Assembly: GCA_030617105.1 (NCBI GenBank)
Contig: JAUWWC010000001.1
Location: 4,759-68,758 of the forward strand
Direction of reading: 5' to 3'
Length of the DNA: 64,000 bases
From: Candidatus Nealsonbacteria bacterium
GTDB lineage: Bacteria > Patescibacteriota > Minisyncoccia > Minisyncoccales > GWA2-38-27
A program made the translations under genes and the position numbers. Below are positions 1-9,173 of this stretch, one piece after another. Each line of letters starts with the position of its first letter. Position 1 is the first letter of the stretch. The notes below the pieces were generated by a model. That model searched no databases, had not been told where the DNA came from, and worked only from the letters and a program-made list of their open reading frames with translations.

Positions 1-17
1 CCACAGACATTGTATGA
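1..17 (+). CDS. rplN: 3' end of 50S ribosomal protein L14 (partial)
   Basis: Frame ending ..TDIV* overlaps the rplX start (ATGA); called from spc operon position only. Confidence 0.55.
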
Positions 18-319
18 GAATTAAAAAAGGTGATACACTATTAATAATTTCTGGGAAAGACAGAGGACGAAAAGGCAAGGTTATAGAAGCTTTTCCAAAA
101 CAAGGCAAGGTTGTTGTTGAGGGTATTAATTTAAGAAAAAAACATATGAAGCCAAAAAAGTCTGGTGAGAAGGGTCAGATTGTAGAAACGCCTGGTCCTC
201 TTGATGTTTCAGATGTCAAACTTATTTGCCCTAAATGCGGAAAAGCAGTAAAGGTAGGATATAAAATAGAGGGGAAGAAGAAATACCGCATTTGCAAAAC
301 ATGCAAACAGGAAATATGA
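14..319 (+). CDS. rplX: 50S ribosomal protein L24
   Basis: KKGD..IISGKDRG KOW motif; spc order. Confidence 0.97.
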   Translation: MRIKKGDTLLIISGKDRGRKGKVIEAFPKQGKVVVEGINLRKKHMKPKKSGEKGQIVETPGPLDVSDVKLICPKCGKAVKVGYKIEGKKKYRICKTCKQEI

Positions 320-879
320 TTATTAAATTAAAAGAAAAATATATAAAAGAAGTAATACCTGCTATGATGGAGAAGTTTGGCTATAAAAACAGAATGGCTG
401 TTCCTAAGATTCAAAAGGTTGTAATAAATACTGGATTTGGCAGAATGATTGTTGGCAAGACCTCAGAAGAGCAGAAAAAGATTTACAAGCTTGTCTTAGA
501 TGATTTAAGTTTAATTTGCGCTCAAAAACCTGTCTTAACCAAGGCAAAAAAGTCAATTTCTGGATTTAAGACAAGACAGGGAATGTCAATCGGGGCTAAG
601 ATTACTTTACGAGGCAGAAAAATGTATGATTTTTTAGAGAGAGTAATCCATATTGCTATTCCTCGTTTTCGGGATTTTCGAGGCATTGACTTGAAATCTT
701 TTGATAAACAAGGGAACCTTACAATTGCTGTTAAAGAACATATTGTCTTTCCTGAAGTTTCTTCAGAAAAAGCTAAGAATATTTTTGGCTTTGAGATTAC
801 CGTGGTTACTACAGCAAAGAACCGTGAACAAAATATAGAATTGTTAAGATTACTAGGATTTCCAATAAAACATGGCTAA
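316..879 (+). CDS. rplE: 50S ribosomal protein L5
   Basis: [22 protein letters not shown] motifs; start moved to ATG 316 overlapping the rplX stop. Confidence 0.97.
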   Translation: MIIKLKEKYIKEVIPAMMEKFGYKNRMAVPKIQKVVINTGFGRMIVGKTSEEQKKIYKLVLDDLSLICAQKPVLTKAKKSISGFKTRQGMSIGAKITLRGRKMYDFLERVIHIAIPRFRDFRGIDLKSFDKQGNLTIAVKEHIVFPEVSSEKAKNIFGFEITVVTTAKNREQNIELLRLLGFPIKHG

Positions 880-1057
880 GAAATCACAAATCGCAAAATC
901 AAAGAGAAAACCCAAGTTTAGCACAAGAACTGTTCGCCGCTGTTTTAGATGTGGACGAAGAAGAGCGTATATGAGAAAATTTGGACTGTGTCGTATATGT
1001 TTTAGGGAATTAGCGAATAAGGGAGAAATACCCGGCGTTAAAAAAAGTAGCTGGTAA
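872..1057 (+). CDS. rpsN: 30S ribosomal protein S14 (Zn-binding type)
   Basis: Cxx[13 protein letters not shown]. Confidence 0.97.
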   Translation: MAKKSQIAKSKRKPKFSTRTVRRCFRCGRRRAYMRKFGLCRICFRELANKGEIPGVKKSSW

Positions 1058-1061
1058 TTTT

Positions 1062-1442
1062 ATGACTGATCCAATAGCAGATATGTTAAATAGAATAAGA
1101 AATGCTCAGGCTGTTTCTAAAGAAATAGTGGATATTCCTTTTTCTAATTTAAAATATGAGATTGCTAAGATTCTAGAAAAACAGGGATTTGTTGACAAAG
1201 TAGAGAAAAAAGGAAGGAAGTCAAGAAAAGCCCTTGAGATTACTTTGAAATATCCTGCTGCGATTTCTGGTTTAAGAAGAATTTCAAAACTAGGCCAAAG
1301 AATTTATACTAGTAGCAAAGAGATTAAACAAACTCGAGGAGGTTATGGCATAAGCATAATCTCTACGCCAAAGGGATTAATGACGAATAAAGAGGCAAAG
1401 AAGAAGAAACTAGGCGGAGAAATTATATGCGAAATATGGTAA
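1062..1442 (+). CDS. rpsH: 30S ribosomal protein S8
   Basis: MTDPIADML..IRNA, STPKG, GGE motifs. Confidence 0.97.
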   Translation: MTDPIADMLNRIRNAQAVSKEIVDIPFSNLKYEIAKILEKQGFVDKVEKKGRKSRKALEITLKYPAAISGLRRISKLGQRIYTSSKEIKQTRGGYGISIISTPKGLMTNKEAKKKKLGGEIICEIW

Positions 1443-1446
1443 AAAT

Positions 1447-2013
1447 ATGTCAAGAATAGGTAAAAAACCAATTGAAATGCCAGAAGGCGTTGAAGTCAAG
1501 ATAGAAGATAATATGGTGACTGTTAAAGGTCCGAAGGGAGAACTTCAAAAAGAGATTCGTCCCGAGATTAAAGTTGAAATAAAAGATAATGAGATTCTTG
1601 TTAGTCCTGAGAAAGAAACCAAGAGAACAAAGGCATTTTGGGGTTTGAGCAGAACCCTTATCTCAAACATGATAGAAGGAGTTACTAAAGGTTATGAAAA
1701 GAAATTAGAAATCCAAGGTGTTGGTTATAAAGCTAATTTAGAAGGAGAGGATTTGGTTTTACAGGTAGGCTTTTCCCATCCAACGAACATAAAGAAACCA
1801 GAAGGCATAGAGTTTTCAGTAGAGAAAAACATTATTACTGTTTCTGGGATTAATAAAGAACTTGTTGGTCAAACTGCTGCTAAAATCAGAAAAGTCAGAA
1901 AACCTGAACCTTACAAGGGTAAGGGGATAAGATATTTGGGTGAGGAGGTTCGGAGAAAACCGGGCAAGAAAGTAGCAACCACTGAGGGCGCAGCAGGAGC
2001 AGCAGCGAAATAA
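1447..2013 (+). CDS. rplF: 50S ribosomal protein L6
   Basis: MSRIGKKP, PEPYKGKGIRY. Confidence 0.98.
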   Translation: MSRIGKKPIEMPEGVEVKIEDNMVTVKGPKGELQKEIRPEIKVEIKDNEILVSPEKETKRTKAFWGLSRTLISNMIEGVTKGYEKKLEIQGVGYKANLEGEDLVLQVGFSHPTNIKKPEGIEFSVEKNIITVSGINKELVGQTAAKIRKVRKPEPYKGKGIRYLGEEVRRKPGKKVATTEGAAGAAAK

Positions 2014-2014
2014 A

Positions 2015-2047
2015 AAGGCACCAAACCAGATTGATGTTCGGTGCCTT
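2015..2047. terminator. Hairpin between convergent rplF and the inserted minus-strand ORF
   Basis: AAGGCACC..GGTGCCTT inverted repeat preceded by an A run. Confidence 0.65.
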
Positions 2048-2065
2048 AAAGAGCTGAAAGTAGCA

Positions 2066-2269
2066 TTAAGCTACACTATTGGAGTAGGAATCATTCTTTA
2101 GGGCCAGTTTACCACCTAAAATGAATAGAGGTATCCCTACAAAAATTACTACCGCTATTGCAATAAATAGACTTTTCGGTTCTCGCGGTAGTACAGGGCA
2201 AAGGAATAATCCTCCCATTGACCCCCAAATCATTAATCCGATCCCAAACCAAAACTTAAACTTACACAT
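2066..2269 (-). CDS. Small 2-TM membrane protein (accessory cassette)
   Basis: Two hydrophobic helices; GAAAGGAGGT SD; own TTGACA-17-TATACT promoter. Confidence 0.75.
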   Translation of the reverse strand: MCKFKFWFGIGLMIWGSMGGLFLCPVLPREPKSLFIAIAVVIFVGIPLFILGGKLALKNDSYSNSVA

Positions 2270-2350
2270 TTTTAATACCTCCTTTCAAAAGAACAATTTT
2301 TCATTTTTCGATACTAATATCAGTATAACAAATTAAATTATGGTTGTCAA
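2270..2350 (-). promoter_or_regulatory. Cassette leader: sigma70 promoter, boxA-like motif, SD
   Basis: Minus strand TTGACA-17-TATACT ... TTGTTCTTTTGAAAGGAGGT ... ATG; a second TTGACA-17-TAAAAT lies just upstream (about 2365-2393). Confidence 0.75.
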
Positions 2351-2400
2351 GGGTTTAAAACAAAATTTTAGTAAAAATAGAGTAAATTGTCAAAAAGGGC

Positions 2401-2484
2401 TTGACAAAGGTTTTTGGTTTGCTAAAATAAATATAGTTAATCCCACCGCTCTCTCGGTTCGCCGGGACGGCGGTTTTAATTTTT
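2401..2484 (+). promoter_or_regulatory. Promoter and structured leader restarting the spc operon at rplR
   Basis: TTGACA-16-TAAAAT, then a GC-rich TTCG-loop hairpin (2445-2474) and a T-rich tract. Confidence 0.65.
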
Positions 2485-2805
2485 ATGTTAGAGAAACAGG
2501 AAAAAAGAAAAAGGCGGCATAGGAGGGTGAGAGCAAAGATAAAAGGTACAGCTAAAGTTCCACGTCTTTGCGTTTTTAGATCTTCTAAACATATTTATGC
2601 GCAATTGATTGATGATGAAAAAGGAAAAACTTTATTCGCTGCTAATGGGAAACTTACTGCTGCTAATGAAGTAGGCAAATTAATTGCTAAGAAAGCAATT
2701 GAGAAGAAAATAAATAGAGTTGTGTTTGACAGAGGAGGATATAAATATCATGGCAAGGTTAAGGCCTTAGCAGATGGGGCCAGGGAGGCTGGATTGAAGT
2801 TTTAA
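2485..2805 (+). CDS. rplR: 50S ribosomal protein L18
   Basis: [28 protein letters not shown]. Confidence 0.97.
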   Translation: MLEKQEKRKRRHRRVRAKIKGTAKVPRLCVFRSSKHIYAQLIDDEKGKTLFAANGKLTAANEVGKLIAKKAIEKKINRVVFDRGGYKYHGKVKALADGAREAGLKF

Positions 2806-2814
2806 TTTTTTAAT

Positions 2815-3321
2815 ATGTTTATTCAAAAAAGACAATTTAGAAGAAGAACATTTGAAAAGAAAAAAGAAGAGTTTGACTCAAAACTCTTGGATTTGGCGCG
2901 TGTCACCCGGGTAACAGCTGGTGGTCGACGTCTTCGCTTTCGGGCAGCAATGGTGATTGGAGACAAGAAAGCAAGAGTTGGTTTTGGAATAGCTAAAGGA
3001 AAAGATGTTGCTCAAGCAGTAGAAAAAGCAACCAGAAAGGCTAAGAAAAACTTGATTAAGGTCCTAATTGTGAATGAGACAATTCCCCATCCAGTAGAAG
3101 CAAAATTTGGAGCAGCCAGAGTTATGTTAAAACCTCAAAGGAAAGGGAGAGGATTGGTAGCAGGAGGAACCATCCGGATTATCTGCACTTTGGCTGGGAT
3201 AAAGAACATTTCTTCAAAAATTATTGGTAGAACAGGAAACAAAATTAATAATGCTAAAGCTACAATTAAAGCGTTAAAAGAATTAAAACATGCAGATACA
3301 TCAACTAAAACCAAAACATAA
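2815..3321 (+). CDS. rpsE: 30S ribosomal protein S5
   Basis: RVTRVTAGGRRLRF, GLVAGG. Confidence 0.97.
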   Translation: MFIQKRQFRRRTFEKKKEEFDSKLLDLARVTRVTAGGRRLRFRAAMVIGDKKARVGFGIAKGKDVAQAVEKATRKAKKNLIKVLIVNETIPHPVEAKFGAARVMLKPQRKGRGLVAGGTIRIICTLAGIKNISSKIIGRTGNKINNAKATIKALKELKHADTSTKTKT

Positions 3322-3712
3322 ATTAAAGAAGAAGAAACGAATAGGACGCGGTGGAAAAAGAGGCACTTATTCTGGCAAAGGAATTAAGGGACAGAAATCC
3401 AGAGCTGGCAGGAAGTTTGCTCCAGTTATCAGAGAATTGATAAAGAAATACCCAAAATTAAGAGGTTATAAATCTAAAAAACGAGATAAGAATCTTGCAA
3501 ATGTTAATATTGGAGATTTAGACAAGAAATTTAAAGAATCAGAGGTTGTGAATCCAAGGGTCTTGATTGAAAAGAGATTAATCCGTAGAATAAAAGGAAA
3601 GATACCTAAAGTAAAGATTTTGGGCAGAGGAGAATTGACAAAGAAGCTGACTATTAAGAATTGCGAAATGTCAAAAAGCGCAAAAGAAAAAATAAATAAT
3701 TATGCTGAATAA
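3290..3712 (+). CDS. rplO: 50S ribosomal protein L15
   Basis: RIGRGGKRGTYSGKGIKGQKSR, KILG. Confidence 0.96.
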   Translation: MQIHQLKPKHKLKKKKRIGRGGKRGTYSGKGIKGQKSRAGRKFAPVIRELIKKYPKLRGYKSKKRDKNLANVNIGDLDKKFKESEVVNPRVLIEKRLIRRIKGKIPKVKILGRGELTKKLTIKNCEMSKSAKEKINNYAE

Positions 3713-4994
3713 ATTACTTCAAGTATTTAAAATAAAAGATTTACGCAAGAAGATTTTGTTTGTTTTAGTGATTTTTGCTATTTTTAGATTAATGGCAAGT
3801 ATTCCAATGCCAGGAGTTAATGCTGAAAACTTAGAGAAATTCTTTGCCAGATTTAAGATGATGGGATTTGTAAGTATTCTTACGGGTGGAGCTCTGAGCA
3901 GATTTTCTATTATTATGCTTGGCATAGGTCCATATATTACTTCAGTTATTATCTTACAGCTTTTAACAATGATTTTTCCTCAGTTAGAGAAAATGTATAA
4001 AGAGGAAGGAGAGGCTGGTCGTAGAAAATTTAATCAATACGGAAGATTGCTAACCATTCCTTTAGCTTTTCTTCAGGGATATGCAATGCTGTCTTGGCTG
4101 CAGCGGCCGCCAGATCCAGTGATTTCTCCTCCGCTTGGCTTATCTGGCACCTTAACTGCTCTTTTAATTATTACTGCAGGAACTGTATTCTTAATGTGGT
4201 TAGGGGAGTTAATCACAGAAAAAGGGATTGGCAATGGAGTTTCCCTTTTAATTTTCGCTGGGATTATTGCCAGTTTCCCAATGAGTATTTTCCAGGCATA
4301 TCAGGATATTTCTCTTGATCCGGCTAAAATCCCTAATTATTTACTATTTTTTGCAATGGCCTTACTTATTGTTACTGGAGTTGTTTTAATTACTGAAGCC
4401 AGGCGCAATATACCAGTTTCTTATGCTAAAAGAGTTAGAGGAACTAAAATGTATGGGGGAGTTTCTACTTATCTGCCTATGAACCTTAATCCAGCTGGAG
4501 TAATCCCTATAATCTTTGCTATGTCAATTTTGCTTTTTCCTGAAATGATTGCTAATTTCTTAGGAGGGACAGCAGGGATGGTAGGTAATGTTGCTGCTAA
4601 CGTAGCTGTTTTTCTGGGAAATCCCTGGGTTCGTGGAAGCCTATACTTTCTCTTGGTTGTGCTTTTCACTTATTTTTATACTGCTGTTACTTTTGACCCG
4701 AAAGCAATTTCCGCGAATCTTCAGAAAATGGGTGGATTTGTGCCAGGCATAAGACCAGGAGAGTCAACTGCTAAATTTATCAAATATATTTTAAATCGGG
4801 TTTTACTGATTGGAGCTTTATTTCTTGCTACAATTGCTGTAATGCCGTCTATTGTTGGAGGAATTACCAGAGTAGAAAATGTTTTTCAGTTCTTTATTGG
4901 AGGAACAGCTTTGTTAATTGTAGTATCAGTTGTTTTGGAAACAATGAAGCAGATTAATTCTCAGCTTCAAATGCGCGAATACGATACATTTTAA
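3702..4994 (+). CDS. secY: Preprotein translocase subunit SecY
   Basis: LGIGPYIT, GIGNGVSLLIFAGI, GFVPGIRPG; multiple TM helices. Confidence 0.98.
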   Translation: MLNKLLQVFKIKDLRKKILFVLVIFAIFRLMASIPMPGVNAENLEKFFARFKMMGFVSILTGGALSRFSIIMLGIGPYITSVIILQLLTMIFPQLEKMYKEEGEAGRRKFNQYGRLLTIPLAFLQGYAMLSWLQRPPDPVISPPLGLSGTLTALLIITAGTVFLMWLGELITEKGIGNGVSLLIFAGIIASFPMSIFQAYQDISLDPAKIPNYLLFFAMALLIVTGVVLITEARRNIPVSYAKRVRGTKMYGGVSTYLPMNLNPAGVIPIIFAMSILLFPEMIANFLGGTAGMVGNVAANVAVFLGNPWVRGSLYFLLVVLFTYFYTAVTFDPKAISANLQKMGGFVPGIRPGESTAKFIKYILNRVLLIGALFLATIAVMPSIVGGITRVENVFQFFIGGTALLIVVSVVLETMKQINSQLQMREYDTF

Positions 4995-4998
4995 AATT

Positions 4999-5688
4999 AT
5001 GAAAAAACAAGTTATCATTATTCTTGGACCGCCTGGAGCAGGAAAAGGCACTCAAGCCGAGCTTTTAGCTGATAAGCTCAGCTTATATTACTTTGAGACA
5101 AGCAAGATATTAGAGCAGAAATTTAAAGAACCAGATAAGAATTCTATTGAGATTGAAGGAAAGAAATATGATGTTTTGAAAGAAAAGAAATTATGGGAAG
5201 ATGGCATTCTTTGCAGTCCTCCTTTTGTTAGTTATTTAGTAATGGAAAGAGTAAAAAAATTGGCAGGGGAGGGAGAAAGCTTAGTTTTGGCTGGATCTCC
5301 AAGAACCCTATATGAAGGAGAAAGGGTAACTCCTTTGTTAAAAGAGCTTTATGGGCCAGAAAATATTAAAGTGTTTTTGATTGATATTAGCGCTGAAGAA
5401 ACCATTTTTAGAAATACTCATAGAAGGATTTGCGAGTTGATGCGTCATCCAGTTTTGTATAACAAAGAAACAGAGAATCTAAAAATATGTTCTTTAGATG
5501 GTTCTAAATTAATCAGAAGAAAAGGATTAGACGATCCAGAAACTATTAAAGTTCGGCTCAAACAATATAGGGAAAGAACCTTTCCTTTGATTGAACTTTT
5601 TGGAAAACAAGGCATAAAAGTAAACAAAATCAATGGCGAACAATCAGTATCTGATGTTCACAAAGACATTCTAAAAGCAATTAGATGA
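4999..5688 (+). CDS. adk: Adenylate kinase
   Basis: GPPGAGKGTQA P-loop; follows secY. Confidence 0.93.
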   Translation: MKKQVIIILGPPGAGKGTQAELLADKLSLYYFETSKILEQKFKEPDKNSIEIEGKKYDVLKEKKLWEDGILCSPPFVSYLVMERVKKLAGEGESLVLAGSPRTLYEGERVTPLLKELYGPENIKVFLIDISAEETIFRNTHRRICELMRHPVLYNKETENLKICSLDGSKLIRRKGLDDPETIKVRLKQYRERTFPLIELFGKQGIKVNKINGEQSVSDVHKDILKAIR

Positions 5689-6434
5689 TTTCAATAAAAA
5701 CAGAAAAAGAGATTAAGATAATGAGACAGGGTGGGAAGATTTTGGCAGAGATTATGGCAGAACTGGAAAAGAGGGTTGAGCCAGGTATTACCACCAAGTA
5801 TTTAGACAAGGTCGCAACCGACCTTGTTTTAAAATATGGAGCAAAGCCGTCTTTTAAAAACCATCAGGGTTTTCCAGATGCTCTTTGTACTTCAATAAAT
5901 GAAGAGCTTGTCCATTGCATCCCTTCTAACAGAAAATTACAGCAAGGGGATATAATTTCTCTTGATTTGGGTATTTTTTTTAAAGGATTCCATACTGATA
6001 TGGCAATTACAGTTCCAGTTGGAAAAGCTTGTCCAGACGCATTAAGAATAATTAGAGTAACCAAAAAGGCATTAAAAAGAGGAATAAAAAAGGTTAGGCC
6101 AGGCAAAACATTTGGCGATGTAGGCAACACGATTCAGAGATATGTTGAAGACCAGGGATTTAATGTAGTTAGAGATCTTTGCGGTCATGGAATTGGAAAA
6201 GAACTTCATGAAGAGCCACAGGTGCAAAATTATGGTAAAAGAAGAGCAGGTCCTGAAATAAAGCAAGGAATGTGTTTTTGCATTGAGCCGATGGTGGCAA
6301 TAAAAGATTGGCATTTGAAAAAAGCCAAAGACGGCTATGGCTTCCAAACCCGCGACAACTCTCTTTGCGCTCATTTTGAACACACCCTTGCTGTAACCCA
6401 AACCGGCTGCGATGTATTGACAGGTTTAAGATAA
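5685..6434 (+). CDS. map: Methionine aminopeptidase type I
   Basis: GHGIG..HEEP, IEPM, AHFEHT. Confidence 0.97.
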   Translation: MISIKTEKEIKIMRQGGKILAEIMAELEKRVEPGITTKYLDKVATDLVLKYGAKPSFKNHQGFPDALCTSINEELVHCIPSNRKLQQGDIISLDLGIFFKGFHTDMAITVPVGKACPDALRIIRVTKKALKRGIKKVRPGKTFGDVGNTIQRYVEDQGFNVVRDLCGHGIGKELHEEPQVQNYGKRRAGPEIKQGMCFCIEPMVAIKDWHLKKAKDGYGFQTRDNSLCAHFEHTLAVTQTGCDVLTGLR

Positions 6435-6502
6435 TTTGTTATCATATAAATATCGTTCTTGAAAAAGTAAATACGGAAAGTTTATAAAGAAAGGAAAAAA
6501 AG
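6417..6502 (+). promoter_or_regulatory. Cassette leader (the -35 lies inside the map 3' end)
   Basis: TTGACA-17-TATCAT; GTTCTTGAAAAA (6455-6466); GAAAGGA SD. Confidence 0.65.
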
Positions 6503-6772
6503 ATGCTGTATATATGTCCAGAATGTAAAACAGAGATTATAATACAAAGATTTTGTTCAAAATGTGGAAAAAAAAGAGTGCCAGCGTTATATCCTCGTTG
6601 TAAATGGTGCTGGAAAACTCTTTGGCCGCATGAAAATTTTTGCACAAGATGCGGACGATCACGTGACGAAGCGCTCAATACTTCCCCTCCGTCTATCAGA
6701 ATTCGTATCAAAGCATGGATATTTGTTTTGTTTGGCAAAAAGGTTGTTCAATCTAAGCAAAACGCTCATTAA
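6503..6772 (+). CDS. Double zinc-ribbon protein (accessory)
   Basis: Four CxxC motifs (CPEC, CSKC, CKWC, CTRC); SD and own promoter. Confidence 0.8.
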   Translation: MLYICPECKTEIIIQRFCSKCGKKRVPALYPRCKWCWKTLWPHENFCTRCGRSRDEALNTSPPSIRIRIKAWIFVLFGKKVVQSKQNAH

Positions 6773-6796
6773 AAGCTCGAGTTATAAACTTGCGCT

Positions 6797-6824
6797 AAAG
6801 TCCATTCGTTGAATGGACTTTTTT
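6797..6824 (+). terminator. Intrinsic terminator
   Basis: AAAGTCCATTC-GTT-GAATGGACTTT plus T tract. Confidence 0.85.
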
Positions 6825-6855
6825 ATTTTTGGAAATTTTGTGGTAGAATAAAACA

Positions 6856-7902
6856 ATGGTTAAAAAGACTAAAAAGCAAAAACTAAAATTTCCTTCAGAA
6901 CTGAGGATGGATTTAGTTAGTGAAGATTGGGTTGTTATTGCTACTGGCAGAGCAAGAAGACCGGAAACTTTTAAGAAAGAAAAAAGAACTTCTGAAAAAG
7001 TTTCTAAAAAAACTTGTCCTTTTTGCAAGATTAACGGTAAAGAAAGACCAAGTCTTGTTTTTTCTCATGGTAAAAAAGTTCTTTTTAAAACAGGAGAAAT
7101 GCCTAAGGGCTGGACAACTCTTGTTGTTCCTAATAAATTTCCAGCTTTTCTTCCTCATCCTAAATTAAATGAGCGGATAGAGGGCAAGTTATACAAAAAA
7201 ATGAACGCTGTTGGTTTTCACGAAATAGTAATTACTTGCGACCACAGAAAGCAAATGGCTCAATTTTCAGTAAAACAGGTTAAAGAGGTGTTTGATGTTT
7301 ATCAGGAAAGATATTTAAATTTAATGCCTAAAAAGTTTGTTAATCACATTTCTATTTTTCATAATCACGGCAAAGAAGCTGGAGCCTCAATTGTTCATCC
7401 TCACTCTCAAATCATCACCACTCCTCTTATTGATATTGACCTTCAACAGGCACTTTTGCGTGCTCAAAAATATTATAAGAGGAATAAGAAATGCATTTAC
7501 TGCCAGATGAATGAATGGGAGAGAAAATCCAAGAAAAGAATTGTTTTTGAAAATAAAGATTTTTTAGTAATTTGCCCTTTTGCTTCAAAAACTGCTTTTC
7601 AAGTTATTGTTTCGCCAAAAAAACATCTTGCCTGTTTTGAGCGAATAAAAGAAGAACAAAAATGGCAGTTAGCAGAAGCTTTTGGAATAGCTCTAAATAA
7701 GATTTACAAAGGTCTGAATGACCCTGCTTATAATTTTTATTTACATACTGCCCCTTCTGATTGCCGAAATCATAATTACTATCATTGGCACTGGACAATC
7801 TTGCCGAAAACCTCAACTTGGGCAGGATTTGAAATTGGCACCAGAATAGAGATATCTACAATTGAGCCTGAAAAAGCAGCAGAATATCTGAGAAAACAAT
7901 AA
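6856..7902 (+). CDS. galT: Galactose-1-phosphate uridylyltransferase family (HIT) protein
   Basis: CPFC, VPNKFP, GASIVHPHSQ, HWH motifs. Confidence 0.9.
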   Translation: MVKKTKKQKLKFPSELRMDLVSEDWVVIATGRARRPETFKKEKRTSEKVSKKTCPFCKINGKERPSLVFSHGKKVLFKTGEMPKGWTTLVVPNKFPAFLPHPKLNERIEGKLYKKMNAVGFHEIVITCDHRKQMAQFSVKQVKEVFDVYQERYLNLMPKKFVNHISIFHNHGKEAGASIVHPHSQIITTPLIDIDLQQALLRAQKYYKRNKKCIYCQMNEWERKSKKRIVFENKDFLVICPFASKTAFQVIVSPKKHLACFERIKEEQKWQLAEAFGIALNKIYKGLNDPAYNFYLHTAPSDCRNHNYYHWHWTILPKTSTWAGFEIGTRIEISTIEPEKAAEYLRKQ

Positions 7903-7903
7903 T

Positions 7904-8614
7904 ATGAAACCACTTATTGTTGCAAATTGGAAATGTAATCCAATAACTCAATCTGAAGCTAAAGAGCTTTTTGATTCTATTTCCAAAGGTATTAAAGATA
8001 TTGAAAATGCAGAAACAGTAATCTGTCCGCCATTTATTTATTTGTCTTTATTAAAAGGATTAACTCTTGGAGCGCAGGATTGTTATTTTGAAGAAAAAGG
8101 AGCATATACTGGAGAAGTTTCTGCAGCAATGCTCAAGGATTTAGGCTGTCAGTATATTATTGTTGGTCATTCAGAAAGAAGAAAGCTTTTTGGAGAGAAA
8201 AACAATGATGTGAATAAAAAGGTTTTAGCTGTTTTGGATGCAGGTCTTATTCCTATTCTTTGTGTCGGAGAAACAGAACAAGAAAGAGAACAAGAAAAAA
8301 CAGAAGAGGTTTTGAAAGCAGAACTTGAGATAGGGCTTATTGATGTTCATGATGTGTCAAAAGTAATTGTAGCTTATGAGCCCATTTGGGCTATTGGGAC
8401 TGGCAACCCCTGTGATATAGAAGAAGCTCAGAGAATGAAAGGAATAATTCAAAAAATGGTTTCAAAGAATATTAGGATTCTTTATGGAGGAAGTGTTAAC
8501 AGCGAGAATGCAGAAGGATATTTAAAACAAGCTGAATTTAATGGTCTTCTTGTGGGCGGCGCTTCTTTAAAAGCAAAAGAGTTTATAAAGATAGTAAATA
8601 GGAGCTTATCTTGA
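7904..8614 (+). CDS. tpiA: Triosephosphate isomerase
   Basis: ANWK, GHSERR, AYEPIWAIGTG, YGGSV. Confidence 0.98.
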   Translation: MKPLIVANWKCNPITQSEAKELFDSISKGIKDIENAETVICPPFIYLSLLKGLTLGAQDCYFEEKGAYTGEVSAAMLKDLGCQYIIVGHSERRKLFGEKNNDVNKKVLAVLDAGLIPILCVGETEQEREQEKTEEVLKAELEIGLIDVHDVSKVIVAYEPIWAIGTGNPCDIEEAQRMKGIIQKMVSKNIRILYGGSVNSENAEGYLKQAEFNGLLVGGASLKAKEFIKIVNRSLS

Positions 8615-8647
8615 TTTTAAAAGAGAATTTTGGTACAATGTTTCATT

Positions 8648-9172
8648 ATGAATAACATAGATTTTAATGGACATTTCTATAATCCAACTAAGGGAAGTCT
8701 ATCAGTTAAGCAAGTAATTGAAGAAATAATAGGATATATTAAGGAAAAACCAGAAAAGTTTTATGACATTATTGTTGGATGTGATTCCTCTTCAGGAGAA
8801 GAGCCGCATTTTCCAGTTGCTGTGGCGGTTTTAAGAAAGGGCGAAGGAGGAAGGTTCTTTCTTAAAAGGATAAAATATCCCCGTGCTTTTAATAGAAAGT
8901 TTATTCATTGGAAAAACAGGATTTTACAAGAAGTTCTATTATCTTGTGAATTAGCTTTGTTCTTAAGAGAAGATTTTCAAAAGAGAATTCAACAAGTAGA
9001 TGATGGAAATCTTCAATATCAATTTAGATATATTCATGCTGATATTGGTGAAAATGGTCAGACAAAAGATATGGTAAAAGAATTAACTGGCCTTATTCGA
9101 GGCAATGGCTTTGAGCCCAAGATTAAACCAGAAGCATATGTAGCGTCTGTTGTAGCAGACCGATATTCATAA
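8648..9172 (+). CDS. RNase H-like YkuK (DUF458) family protein
   Basis: IVGCDS, EVLLS, IHADIG.NG, IKPEAYVASVVADR; start taken at ATG 8648. Confidence 0.8.
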   Translation: MNNIDFNGHFYNPTKGSLSVKQVIEEIIGYIKEKPEKFYDIIVGCDSSSGEEPHFPVAVAVLRKGEGGRFFLKRIKYPRAFNRKFIHWKNRILQEVLLSCELALFLREDFQKRIQQVDDGNLQYQFRYIHADIGENGQTKDMVKELTGLIRGNGFEPKIKPEAYVASVVADRYS

Positions 9173-9173
9173 T

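Noticed and set aside
3290-3330. Absence of rpmD (L30) as a novelty
   Set aside because: An established general feature of CPR bacteria.
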